DNA of 64,000 bases from Convolutriloba macropyga. Lineage: Eukaryota. How positions within the stretch are numbered: position 1 is the first letter of the stretch; each line of letters begins with the position of its first letter. The notes beneath the pieces were generated by a model that had not been told where the DNA came from, searched no databases, and saw only the letters and a program-made list of their open reading frames with translations. The DNA lies in contig NC_134473.1 of NCBI RefSeq assembly GCF_964194025.1, forward strand, positions 70,556,001 through 70,620,000, read 5' to 3'. Below, one piece after another: positions 37,130-49,296 of the stretch. A program made the translations under genes and the position numbers.

Positions 37130-40100
37130 CTTTCTGGCCTTTGTTTCATCTGACAGCGGTATATTATTAGGCAATGCGGTGTCTCATCCACTAACTGGAA
37201 TTTAGGAAATATGGCTCCTTGAACCAATCTTTTGTGAGTGCCGGATAAGCTAAGATAGTGTGGCTGTTCGCCGTAACCAGAGTCATAATATACATAAATG
37301 TTATTTAGGAAGCGTCGATCAACTAATCTCAAGTCTGTTGTATTAATAAATTCGACGTCCTTGATCCCCCTATATCAACTACTTTGTCGGGTCTGTTGTG
37401 GAAGTGCTTATCGGATCCAGTGCCTAATTTTATGAACGGTTTTTCGAATTCAACCGCTTGCGTGCTGGTTCCCGTAATAATAGTCGCAGGACAGGCACTG
37501 ACGCAATTGTATTTTCTGTCTCAATAATTTAAATAACATAGTAGGTTTTTTCCTAGGAGTATGATGAGAGTAGAGGTGGGGGGACTGTAGCGAACATGAA
37601 ATTGAGTTTGAAGGGGGAATACGTCCAAGTGGCGAAAATGCATATATTTAGGCTCCTTAGAAAGCTCGTAATTAGGAAATCTGTTTAAGATAATTACATC
37701 GCGGCTAACTTGAACAAAATTTAATCCCTTTGTAGAGAGCAGACAATTAGCCGACTAGATTCTTATGACAACAAATGTGTACAGATGTTTGCAAATTTCT
37801 AAAATAGATAAATAAACAAATGACACATAAGCTGAGAGTATTGAGGGCTGTCAAATTAGATTGAATAGACAAGCAAGCAACCACTTCTTTGTTCACAGGT
37901 TAGTCTGAAGAACAGAGAATAGATAAATAAGTCTGGCAAAGTTCAAGGACAATGTGGTTCCCACCACAGCGATTGTGCGCCTACTCCTTCGCCCCCTGCT
38001 TCATTATTCGAACCATCGACATCGTCTGCTTAACCCCGATGGAATCTACCCTGAAAATTAAGAAAGAGAAAAACGTAAGGGGAACTTAAAACAGTTCCAA
38101 TGAGTTGTATATAGACAAATAATAATTCACCTTTCTGGCCTTTGTTTCATCTGACAGCGGTATATTATTAGGCAATACGGTGTCTCATCCACTAACTGGA
38201 ATTTAGGAAATATGGCTCCTCGAACCAATCTTTTGTGAGTGCCAGATAAGATAAGATAGTTTGGCTGTTCGCCGTAACCAGAGTCATAATATACATAAAT
38301 GTTAATTAGGAAGCGTCGATCAACTAATCTCAAGTCTGTTGTATTAATAAATTCGACGTCCTTGATCCCCCTAGATCAACTACTTTGTCGGGTCTGTTGT
38401 GGAAGTGCTTATCGGATCCAGTGCCTAATTTTATGAACAGTTTTTTAAATTCACCCGCATGCGTACGGGTTCCCGTATTAATAGTCGAAGGACAGGCACT
38501 GACGCAATTGTATTTAGTATGTCCGGCGTCTAATGCGATAGTCTAGTATTGTGAAGTAACAAAGTCAGGGCGGCGGAAAAGCAGTGGGCTTTGTAAAGTC
38601 TGCAATTATTATTAGAAATAAGATTTTCTTTATTTTTAAATGATTCATAACAATATCTCCTTCTGCTCTATTGCCATCTCGAGACATACTCTGTCAGTGG
38701 TTTCTGGACGATGAAATTAATCGGCCCCATAGTGTGGCGATAGATTATACTATCATTTCAGGTAGAGAAATTGCGTATAGCTTACGCTCGATTCTTTAAG
38801 TTGCATAACACTAATTTTATTTTACTAATTAATGGCTTTAATTTGTAGCTAGGGAGGTGGCCATTAGAACTGTGTAGGTGAGATATCTCTGTACGAGTAT
38901 TTGAACGATGTAATACCTGAATTTCAGAACCAAGGGCGAATAAATGACAATTTTTGAGCAGAATTTTTGGCTTCCGCGACAAATTTTTTCTCCGGATAAT
39001 AAGTGAGAGGATACAGACCCCATCGTAGGTAATGAACAACCTCGAAGTACTTACGATTTTTCATCTTGATAAGTTTTAAGTGTCACTGACTGTAGTAAAG
39101 TTGAAATTATGAAAAGCAAACCTGATATACTAGAGGGTAGGAGGTGCGAATAAATGAAACGGCACGGAGAGGACTTGTTTGTCTATACCTAAATTCTTTG
39201 CTCTGTAGGTCTTTGTTTTTGGATTATAGTATACCAGTTTGTAAAGATTGGCATGGTTTTGCAGTTTGTAATTGAGTGACATGTCGTACTTGGGGTGTCC
39301 TTTGAAGTTAGGGCTTGAGACAAGTTCCTCGGTTTTAATTTGTCTACTAATCTTGTTGTGTACCGTAAGGGCTTTTGGTAGAATTGCTGCTACTGGTAGT
39401 TGAAGTTGCGATGGTCCTGCTGAGGTTGTTGTTGAGGTTGCTCAGATAGTTGTTGACTATTTTGTTGCTCATGCAATTGTTGTTCCTCGGTTGTCAATAA
39501 GTATTGTTCTCTGATGTCGATAGGAAGTTCCGATGGAGGCTGATCGTCTAAAAGTTCCTCAAATGATGATAGAAGAAAGTCGTTGTCGTCTAGTGCTCTG
39601 TTCTAAAAACATTTTTCTAAAAATTATAGATGTAATTAATTACATTTAATTACACTGGAGAGGTGGGGAAATCATCATCGTTAGATTGATTTTCTCTCTC
39701 GTCTAATTCCCTGTAGCTCATTTTGTATTGGAGGGTTTATGCTAATAGTCGGATCTTTTTAAGTTTTGGCTTGTACTAAATGTTCTGAGTCGTCTTTTTC
39801 TTCGGTAGAACGAAATATCGAAGTTACTATGGATTGGAAAAGTATATTAAATAGTAGCGGTTAGCAGTGCTTTTCCGAAACTCACTGAGGCTCCTGTAAT
39901 TTTGTGTATTTGTAGCGCTCGTTTGATGCAAACTACAATGTCAGTCATAAATTTGACAAAAAGAAATACAGCAAAAATAATTTTGCATTGTTCTAAATAA
40001 TAGTGTACTCGGCCGAAGGCTTTTGTATACCGGTTATGTAAGAATTGTGATGAGATTAGAGTCTAAATATTGTTTTTGTAGTGTAGTAGTTGCTATAACC

Positions 40101-40294
40101 ACTAGGCTGGCTTTTATTATGTTGAATTTCAGCTAATTCACGAGAAAATTCTTGCGCTGCGTCTTTCATTTCGGAATTTAAAGTTACATCGTTCCAAAAT
40201 GCAATCATGTCTTCTTTGACATGAAATGAAATTTTTTGTCCGTTTTTTCAACTTTACTGAAACCATTTTGTGTTTCTGATTTCTGGCACCAGTT

Positions 40295-40769
40295 TATACT
40301 AGAGGGTAGGAGGTGCGAAGGTTTAACTTAAAGTTCTGACTCGATGGCCGTACTCCTAGTATAAGCTATCTTCCTTAATCTGATAATTCTCTTCAAATAC
40401 TTAAGGATTTAAATATGTAAATTTGACTAACTACTCTAGTTATAAGATTTATATAAGCTTTTTAGAAATTTAACATAGTTAAAGTTACAGCTCAAGTTGT
40501 ATGGTTATAAGAGTTAAACTTAGGGTTATAAAAGTTAACTTTTAAAAAGGAGAAGGTCGGAAAAGTTAGTAGAAACTTTATTAACTTTAGTTATTATCAG
40601 TAGCTATTTATCTCCTCTTGAATAAAATTCTTTTTCGGATAATATCTCTAACTATTCCTTTATCGTAATAGTTGAGAAAAAGGTTTGGCAGTTCTACTTT
40701 GGATTACTTTTGTTTTGAGATTACTTTCTCAATTTGGAGATATTAAGTTCTCGGTTTCTCTGAAGTACA
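40295..40769 (-). repeat. Internal LTR (475 bp, same deletion)
   Basis: Near-identical to 42149-42623; PBS at 40276-40291. Confidence 0.75.
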
Positions 40770-40887
40770 TCCCCACCTGGTCCTTAGTTGGTGAAATTGA
40801 AAGTCATAGCATCAATAAAGGTAGTTAATTACACATGTTAAGGTGTACAGTTACATATAAAATAACGAGTTTCTTCTTCTTCCCGGC

Positions 40888-41466
40888 TCAGAGATGCGAA
40901 AAATTTTCATTGCCTCGAAAGTTGTCATGTCGGTAATCTCTTAAATCTCTCAGCTGGCTTTCGATGCGCTGCTGGTGCTGGTAATTCTTATAGCGCTCGT
41001 TGAGAAAGCTTTGTTCGAGATTTCGAATATAGCTCTTCTCTGAGCTTTCTAGGTTTGCAGTTAATAAATGAAACGGCACGGAGAGGACTTGTTTGTCTAT
41101 ACCTAAATTCTTTGCTCTGTAGGTCTTTGTTTTCGGATTATAGTATACCAGTTTGTAAAGATTGGCATGGTTTTGCAGTTTGTAATTGAGTGACATGTCG
41201 TACTTGGGGTGTCCTTTGAAGTTAGGGCTTGAGACAAGTTCCTCGGTTTTAATTTGTCTACTAATCTTGTGTACCGTAAGGGCTTTTAGTATAATTGCTG
41301 CTACTGGTAGTTGAAGTTGCGATGGTCCTGGTGAGGTTGTTGTTGAGGTTGCTCTGATAGTTGTTGAATGTCGATAGGAAGTTATGATGGAGGCTGATCG
41401 TCTAAAAGTTCCGCAAATGCTGATAGAAGAAAGTCGTTGTCGTCTAATGCTATGTTCTAAAAACAT
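40888..41466 (-). pseudogene. Unknown accessory ORF between env and the PPT (copy at 42744-43085; truncated copy ~39151-39600)
   Basis: C-terminal ~113 aa is open and nearly identical in two copies. Confidence 0.5.
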
Positions 41467-41599
41467 TTTTCTAAAAGTTATAGATGTAATTAATTACATT
41501 TAATTACACTGGAGAGGTGGGGAAATCATCATTGTTAGATTGATTTTCTCTCTCGTCTAATTCCTTGTAGTTCATTTTGTATTGGAGGGTTTATGTTAA

Positions 41600-42070
41600 T
41601 AGTCGGATCTTTTTAAGTTTGGGCTTGTACTAAATGTTCTGAGTCGTCCTTTTCTTCGGTAGAACGAAATATCGAAGTTACTATGGATTGGAAAAGTATA
41701 TTAAATAGTAGCGGTTAGCAGTACTTTTCCGAAACTCACTGAGGCTCCTTTAATTTTGTGTATTTGTAGCGCTCGTTTGATGCAAACTACAATGTCAATA
41801 ATAAATTTGACAAAAAGAAATACAGCAAAAGTAATTTTGCATTGCTCTAAATAATAGTGTACTCGGCCGAAGGCTTTTGTATACCGGTTATGTAAGAATT
41901 GTGATGAGATTAGAGTCTAAATATTGTTTTTGTAGTGTAGTAGTTGCTATAACCACTAGGCTGGCTTTTATTATGTTGAATTTCAGCTAGTTCACGAGAA
42001 AATTCTTGCGCTGCGTCTTTCATTTCGGAATTTAAAGTTACATCGTTCCAAAATGCAATCATGTCTTCTT
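41600..42070 (-). pseudogene. Envelope glycoprotein C-terminal fragment (chuvirus-G-like); further copies at ~39750-40215 and ~43520-43975
   Basis: DMIAFWNDVTLNSEMKDAAQEFSRELA, then after a frameshift TLISSQFLHNRYTKAFGRVHYYLEQCKITFAVFLFVKFIIDIVVCIKRALQIHKIKGASVSFGKVLLTAT (TM anchor and tail). Confidence 0.55.
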
Positions 42071-42148
42071 TGACATGAAATGAAATTTTTTGTCCGTTTT
42101 TTCAACTTTACTGAAACCATTTTGTGTTACTGATTTCTGGCACCAGTT

Positions 42149-42623
42149 TATACTAGAGGGTAGGAGGTGCGAAGGTTTAACTTAAAATTCTGACTCGATG
42201 GTCGTACACCTAGTATACACTATCTTCCTAAATCTGATAAGTCTCTTCAAATACTTAAGGATTTAAATATGTAAATTTGACTAACTACTCTAGTTATAAG
42301 ATTTATATAAGCTTTTTAGAAATTTAACATAGTTAACGTTACAGCTCAAGTTGCGTGGTTATAAGAGTTAAACTTAGGGTTATAAAAGTTAACTTTTAAA
42401 AAGGAGAAGGTCGGAAAAGTTAGTAGAAACTTTATTATCTTTAATTATTATCAGTAGCTATTTATCTCTTCTTGAATAAAATTCTGATTTGGATTATATC
42501 TCTAACTATTCCTTTATCGTAATAGTTGAGAAAAAGGTTTGGCAATTCTACTTTGGATTACTTTTGTTTTGAGATTACTTTCTCAATTTGGAGATATTGA
42601 GTTCTCGGTTTCTCTGAAGTACA
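42149..42623 (-). repeat. Internal LTR (475 bp, ~230-bp deletion)
   Basis: PPT-like tract, TGTACT|TCAGAG..., then the PBS. Confidence 0.75.
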
Positions 42624-44052
42624 TCCCGACCTGGTCCTTAGTGGGGGTGAAATTGAAAGTCATAGCATCGATAAAGGTACTTAATTACACATGTTAAGGT
42701 GTACAGTTACATATAAAATAACAAGTTTCTTCTTCTCCCCGGCTCAGAGATGCGAAAAATATTCATTGCCTCGAAAGTTGTCATGTCGGTAATCTCTTAA
42801 ATCTCTCAGCTGGCTTTCGATGCGGTGCTGGTAATTCTTATAACGCTCGTTGAGAAAGCTTTGTTCGAGATTTCGAATATAGCTCTTCTCTGAGCTTTCT
42901 AGGTTTGCAGTTAATAAATGAAACGGCACGGAGAGGACTTGTTTGTCTATACCTAAATTCTTTGCTCTGTAGGTTTTTGTTTTTGGATTATAGTATACCA
43001 GTTTGTAAAGATTGGCATGGTTTTGCAGTTTGTAATTGAGTGACGTGTCGTACTTGGGGTGTCCTTTGAAGTTAGGGCTTGACAAGTTCCTCGGTTTTAA
43101 TTTGTCTACTAATCTTGTTGTGTACCGTAAGGGCTTTTGGTGGAATTGCTGCTACTGGTAGTTGAAGTTGCGATGGTCTTGGTGAGGTTGTTGTTGAGGT
43201 TGCTCTGATAGTTGTTGACTATTTTGTTGCTCATGCAATTGTTGTTCCTCGGTTGTCAATAAGTATTGTTCTCTGATGTCGATAGGAAGTTCCTGATGGA
43301 GACTGATCGTCTAAAAGTTCCGCAAATGCTGATAGAAGAAAGTCGTTGTCGTCTGGTGCTATGTTCTAAAACCATTTTTCTAAAAGTTATAGACGTAATT
43401 AATTAGATTTAATTACTCTGGAGAGGTGGTGAAATCATCATTGTTAGATTGATTTTCTCTCGTCTAATTCCTTGTAGCTCATTTTGTATTGGAGGGTTTA
43501 TGTTAATAGTCGGATCTTTATAAGTTGGGGCTTGTACTAAATGTTCTGAGTTGTCTTTTTCTTCGGTAGAACGAAATATCGTAGTTACTATGGATTGGAA
43601 AAGTATATTAAAAAGTAGCTGATAGCAGTACTTTTCCGAAACTCACTGAAGCTCCTGTAATTTTGTATTTGTAGAGCTCGTTTGATGCAAACTACAATGT
43701 CAATCATAAATTTGACAAAAAGAAATACAGCAAAAGTAATTTCGCATTGCTCTAAATAATAGTGTACTCGGCCGAAGGCTTTTGTATACCGGTTATGTAA
43801 GAATTGTGATGAGATTAGAGTCTAAATATTGTTTTTGTAGTGTAGTAGTTGCTATAACCACTAGGCTGGCTTTTATTACGTTGAATTTCAGCTAATTCAC
43901 GAGAAAATTCTTTTGCTGCGTCCTTCATTTCGGAATTTAAAGTTACATCGTTCCAAAATGCAATCATGTCTTCTTTGACATGAAAAGAAATTTTTTGTCC
44001 GTTTTTTAACTTTACTGAAACCATTTCGTGTTTCTGATTTCTGGCACCAGTT

Positions 44053-44759
44053 TATACTAGAGGGTAGGAGGTGCGAAAGTTTAACTTAAAATTCTGACTC
44101 AATGGTAGTACTCCTAGTATACACTATCTTCCTAAACCTGATAAGTCCCATAAAACTACTTAAGGATTAAAATATGTAAATTTGACTAACTACTCTAGTT
44201 ATAATTTTTATATAAGCTTTACAGAAATTTAACATAGATAAAACTACAGCTCAAGTTGTTTGATTATAAGAGTTAAACTTAAGGTTATAAAAGTTAACTT
44301 ATAAAACGGAGAAGGTCGGAAAAGTTAGTAGAATCTTTACTAACTTTAACTATTATCAGTAACTATTTATCTCTTCTTGAATAAAGTTCTAATTTGGATA
44401 TCTCTAACTATTCCTTTATCGTAATAGTTGAGAAAAAGCTTTGGCAATTCCACTTTGGATTAATTCTGTTTTGAGATTACTTTTTCAATTTGGAGATTTT
44501 AAATTCTCAGTTTCTCTGAGTTGTTAATTCTTAATTTCTCAAATGTTGTACTTTTTGCTTTGGTATATTTTGTTTTTATAACGCCTTATTTCTTTTGCTG
44601 TTAGCTAGACGGTAAAATGTCCATTGGACATTTTACACAATGTGAATGGTTCAGCTAATTGCGTCATTCTACTTTTAGAATGATGTGATTGGAATACTTA
44701 GCTTAGTTAAGCTAAGTATTGTGTATTCCAAATGTAAAAATTAATTGTACTTCAGTTCA
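44053..44759 (-). repeat. 5' LTR (full length, ~707 bp)
   Basis: Starts TGAACT at the TSD, ends CCCTCTAGTATA, then AAC and the PBS. Confidence 0.75.
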
Positions 44760-46198
44760 CTGAGCTTGCAAAAATGTTTGTTTTATGCAAATAGACACGC
44801 ATCTAATATAAATAAGGGCAACTTGGATTGCCGACTTGGATTGTCGTCAAGCGACAATGACTGAATTTTAATAAGTTAAGATCTTACTCATTTACTACTT
44901 TTGTTATCAAAGATTTCATTTTTTCTATCTCAATAATATACATAACATAGTAGGTTTTGTCATCGTTTGGGAGTATGATGAGAGTCGAGAGGGGGACTGT
45001 AGCGAACATGAAATTGAGTTTGAAGGGGGAATACGTCTAAGTGGCGAAACTGCATATATTTAGGCTCTCTAGAAAGCTCGTAATTAGGACAATCTATTCA
45101 AGATAATTACATCGCGGCTAACTTGAACAGAGTTTAATCCCTTTGTAGAAAGCAGACGATTAGCCGACCATATTCTTATAACAACAAATGTGCACAGATG
45201 ATAGCAAAGTTCTTAAAAAGATAAAATGAACAACTGACACATAAACTTAAGAGTATTTAGGGCTGTCAATTTAGATTGATTAGACAAACAAGCAAACTCT
45301 TCTGTGTTCAATGTTCAATTTAAAGAACAGAATAGGTAAATAAGTATAGCAAAGTTCAAGGACAATCTGGTTCCCACGACAGCGATTGTGCGCCCACTCC
45401 TTTGCTCCCTGCTTCATTAATCGAACCATCGACATCGTCTGCTTAACCCCGATGGAATCGACCGTGAATATAGAGAGAAAAACGTAAGGGGAACTCAAAC
45501 TGAGTTCGAATAATTTGTACATAAACAAATAACAATTCATATTTCTGGCCTTTGTTTCATCTGACAGCGTTATAGTATTAGGCAATGCGGTGTCATCCAC
45601 TAACTGGAATCTATGAAATATGCCTCTTTGAACCAATCCTTTGTGAGTGCCGGATAAACTAAGATAGTGTGGCTGTTCGCCGTAACCAGAGTCATAATAT
45701 ACATAAATATTAATTCGGAAGCCTCGAGCAAGCAATCTCAGGACTGTTGTTTTAATAAATTCGACGTCCTCGATCTCTATAGATCAACTACTTCGTCGCG
45801 TCTGTTGTAAAGGTTCTTATCATATCCAGTGTCTAGTTTTACGGACAGTTTTTGGAATTCAGCCGAATGCGCGCGGGTTCCCGTAATAATAGTCGAAGCC
45901 GTAATATTACTAGCCTATCTTTTTTGAGATAGACCACAATTGCGAGGTATAAAAGTCAGGGCAGCTGAAAAGGAGTGGGCTTTGTAAAATCTGTAAATAT
46001 TATTAGAAATTGATTTTCTCGCCTTTTAAATAATTCTTAACAATATCGTCTCATCTGCTCTAGTACCATCTCGCGACATACTCCGTCAAGGGTTTCCGGG
46101 GTGATGAAATTAATCGGTTCCATAATGTGGCGATAGATTATACTATCAATTCAGGTAGAGAAATTGCGTATATATTACGCTCGATTCGTTAAGTTGCA

Positions 46199-46877
46199 GC
46201 CAGCTTCTTTGGCCCACTTCCGTGGTCATAGGCATTAACAGTCATATCCATCTGATTAGGGTTTTGTCGGTAGTATGTGATTTGGTTATCAGGTAATCTA
46301 CCCAGCTCAGACGGGTTTGGATGTCGATCCATCTCACGACAAAACATCTATCAGCTCATCCCGTTCTCGCCTCACCCACAACATACCCATCTTAGTATAG
46401 AATGACTCTGTATTCTGTGTAAAGAAGTCCTGGAGGGTTGAGTTGAGAGCGATCATAATCCCGAATGCAAAGCTGAAGAATCCCTGGTAAGCACTACCCT
46501 TTGTGTATGCTGAATTTTGTAGGGAAACTACGCGAGCGTATTCAATCATGTTCTCGTAGCTGGCCATCTTAGCCACTGCAGCCAGAAAATTCTTGCTGTC
46601 AGCTGCTAGGGTGATGCTATAGGCAACCTCTGGGTAACTCACAAAGTACACATTGGCAGCAATGAATCTAGTCATACCTCGACCACGTATATACTCTGCA
46701 AGAATGTGTGTCACAGAAGTTCCCTTTTCCTCGCTGGCCCACGCAAGCAAGGTACACATGGAGCTTGCATACTTCTCACACAGCATACAGTATGAGTTAA
46801 TTTCTGCCACTACTTGAGAGCAGTTCTGCACCATAAAGTTTCAACATTAAATTTCTGCACATTAAATTTCTGCACCA
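46199..46877 (-). pseudogene. Endogenous viral element, Mononegavirales-like nucleoprotein, copy 1 (C-terminal frameshift)
   Basis: ORF 46334-46834 with YIRGRGMTRF and YQGFFSFAFG; insert absent from the ancestral-type units. Confidence 0.8.
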
Positions 46878-48626
46878 TAACACTAATTTTTTTAAGGGCT
46901 TTAATTTGTAGCTAGGGAGGTCGCAATTAGAGTTGTGTAGGTGAGAAACTTTGTACGAGTATTTGAACGATGCAATACCCGAATTTCAGAATCAAGGGCG
47001 AATAAATGACCATTTTGAGCAGAATTATTGGCTTCGGCGACAAACTCTTTCTCCTCCGGATTATAAGTGAGAGGATACAGACCCCATCGTAGGTAATGAA
47101 CAACCTCGAAGTATTTACGATTTTTCATATTGATAAGTTTCAAGTGCCACTGACTGTAGTAAAGTTCAAATCATGAAATGCAAACCTGAGCTGAGAAAAT
47201 GTTTTGTTTTATGCAAATAGACACGTATCTGATCACTTTATAAATAAGGGCCACTTGGATTGTCGACTTGGATTGTCGTCAAGCGACAATGACTAAATTT
47301 TAATAAGTTAAGTTATTACTCATTTACTACTTTTGTCATCAAACAATTCATTTTTTCTATCTCAATAGTTTACATAACATAGTAGGTTTTGTCATCATTC
47401 GGGGTTATGACGAGAGTAGAGAGGGGGGAGTGTAGCGAACATGAAATTGAATTTGAAGGGGGAATGCCTCTAAGTGGCGAAACTGCATATATTTAGGCTC
47501 TTTAGAAAGCTCGTAATTAGGACAATCAATTAAGGATAATTACATCGCGGCTAATTTGAACAGAGTTTAATCACTTTGTGGAAAGCAGACAATTAGCCGA
47601 CCAGATTATTATGACAACAAATGTGCACAGACGATAGCAAAGCTCTAAAATAGGTAAAATGAACAAATGACACATAAGCTGAAAGTATTTAGGGCTGTCA
47701 ATTTAGATTGATTAGACAAACAAGCAACCTCTTCTGTGTTCAGTTTAAAGAACAGATTAGGTAAATAACTATAGCAAAGTTCAAAGACAATCTGGTTCCC
47801 ACGACAGCGATTGTGCGCCCACTCCTTTGCTCCCTGCTTTATTAATCGAACCATCGACATCGTCTGCTTGGAATCTGCCCTGAATATAGAGAGAAAACCG
47901 TAAGGGGAACTTGAAACTGAGTTCGAATAATTTATACATAAACAAAGAACAATTCATATTTCTGGCCTTTGTTTCATCTGACAGCGGTATATTATTAGGC
48001 AATGCGGTGTCTCATCCACTATCTGGAATTTATGAAATATGCCTCCTTGAACCAATCCTTTGTGAGTTCCGGATAAACTAAGATAGTGTGGCTGTTCGCC
48101 GTAACCAGAGTCATAATATACATAGATATTAATTCGGAAGCGTCGAGCAACTAATCTCAGGACTGTTGTATTAATAAATCCGACTTCCCCGATCTCTATA
48201 GATCAACTACTTCATCTCGTCTGTTGTAAAGGTTCTTATCGTATCCAGTGCCTAATTTTACGGACAGTTTTTCGAATTCACCCGCATGCGTGCGGGTTCC
48301 CTTATTAATAGTCGAAGCCGTAATATTTCTAGATTCTAGATATATCTTTATTGAGATAGACCAGAATTGCGAGGTATAAAAGTCAGGGCAGCTGAAAAGG
48401 AGTGGGCTTTGTAAAATCTGTAAATATTATTAGAAATTGATTTTCTTACCTTTTAAATAATTCTTAACAATATCGTTTCATCTGCTCTAGTACCATCTCG
48501 CGACATACTCCTTCAGGGGTTTTCCGGGGTGATGAAATTAATCGGTTCCTTAATGTGGCGATAGATTATACTGTCAATTCAGGTAGAGAAATTGCGTATA
48601 ACTTACGCTCAATTCTTTAAGTTGCA

Positions 48627-49296
48627 GCCAGCTTCTTTGGCCCACTTCCGTGGTCATAGGCATTAACAGTCATATCCATCTGATTAGGGTTTTGTCGGTA
48701 GTATGTGATTTGGTTATCAAGTAATCTACCCAGCTCAGACGGGTTTGGATGTCGATCCATCTCACGACGAAACTCATCTCTATCAGCTCATCCCGTTCTC
48801 GCTTCACCCACAACATACCCATCTTAGTATAGAATGACTCTGTATTCTGTTTAAAGAAGTCCTGGAGGGTTGAGTTGAGAACGGTCTTAATCCCGAATGC
48901 AAAGCTGAAGAATCCCTGGTAAGCACTACCCTTTGTGTATGCTGAATTTTGTAGGGAAACTACGCGAGCGTATCCAATCATATTCTCATAGCTGGCCATC
49001 TTAGCCACTGCTGCCAGAAAATTCTTGCTGTCAGCTGCTAGGGTGATGCTATACGCAACTTCTGGGTAACTCACAAAGTACACATCGGCAGCAATGAAGA
49101 ATCTAGTCATACCTCGACCACGTTTCTACTCTGCAAGAATGTGTGTCACAGAAGTTACTTCTTCCTCCCTGGCCTACGCAAGCAAGGTACACATGGAGCT
49201 TGCATACTTCTCACACAGCATACAGTATGGCAGAATGAGCAGTTCTGCATCATTAATTTTCACCATTAAATTTCTGCATATTAAATTTCTGCACCA
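48627..49296 (-). pseudogene. Nucleoprotein EVE copy 2 (small deletion, frameshift)
   Basis: ORF 48670-49110; same junctions. Confidence 0.8.

Larger units (their letters stand above)
39126..44759 (-). mobile_element. Head-to-tail triple of an internally deleted, env-bearing Gypsy-like LTR retrotransposon
   Basis: 4-bp TSD CTGA (39122-39125, 44760-44763) at the unit site AAACCTGAGCT; shared LTRs; PBS TGGTGCCAGAAATCAG after each LTR; purine-rich AGGT(G/C)GGGA before TG; period ~1.85-1.9 kb. Confidence 0.85.
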
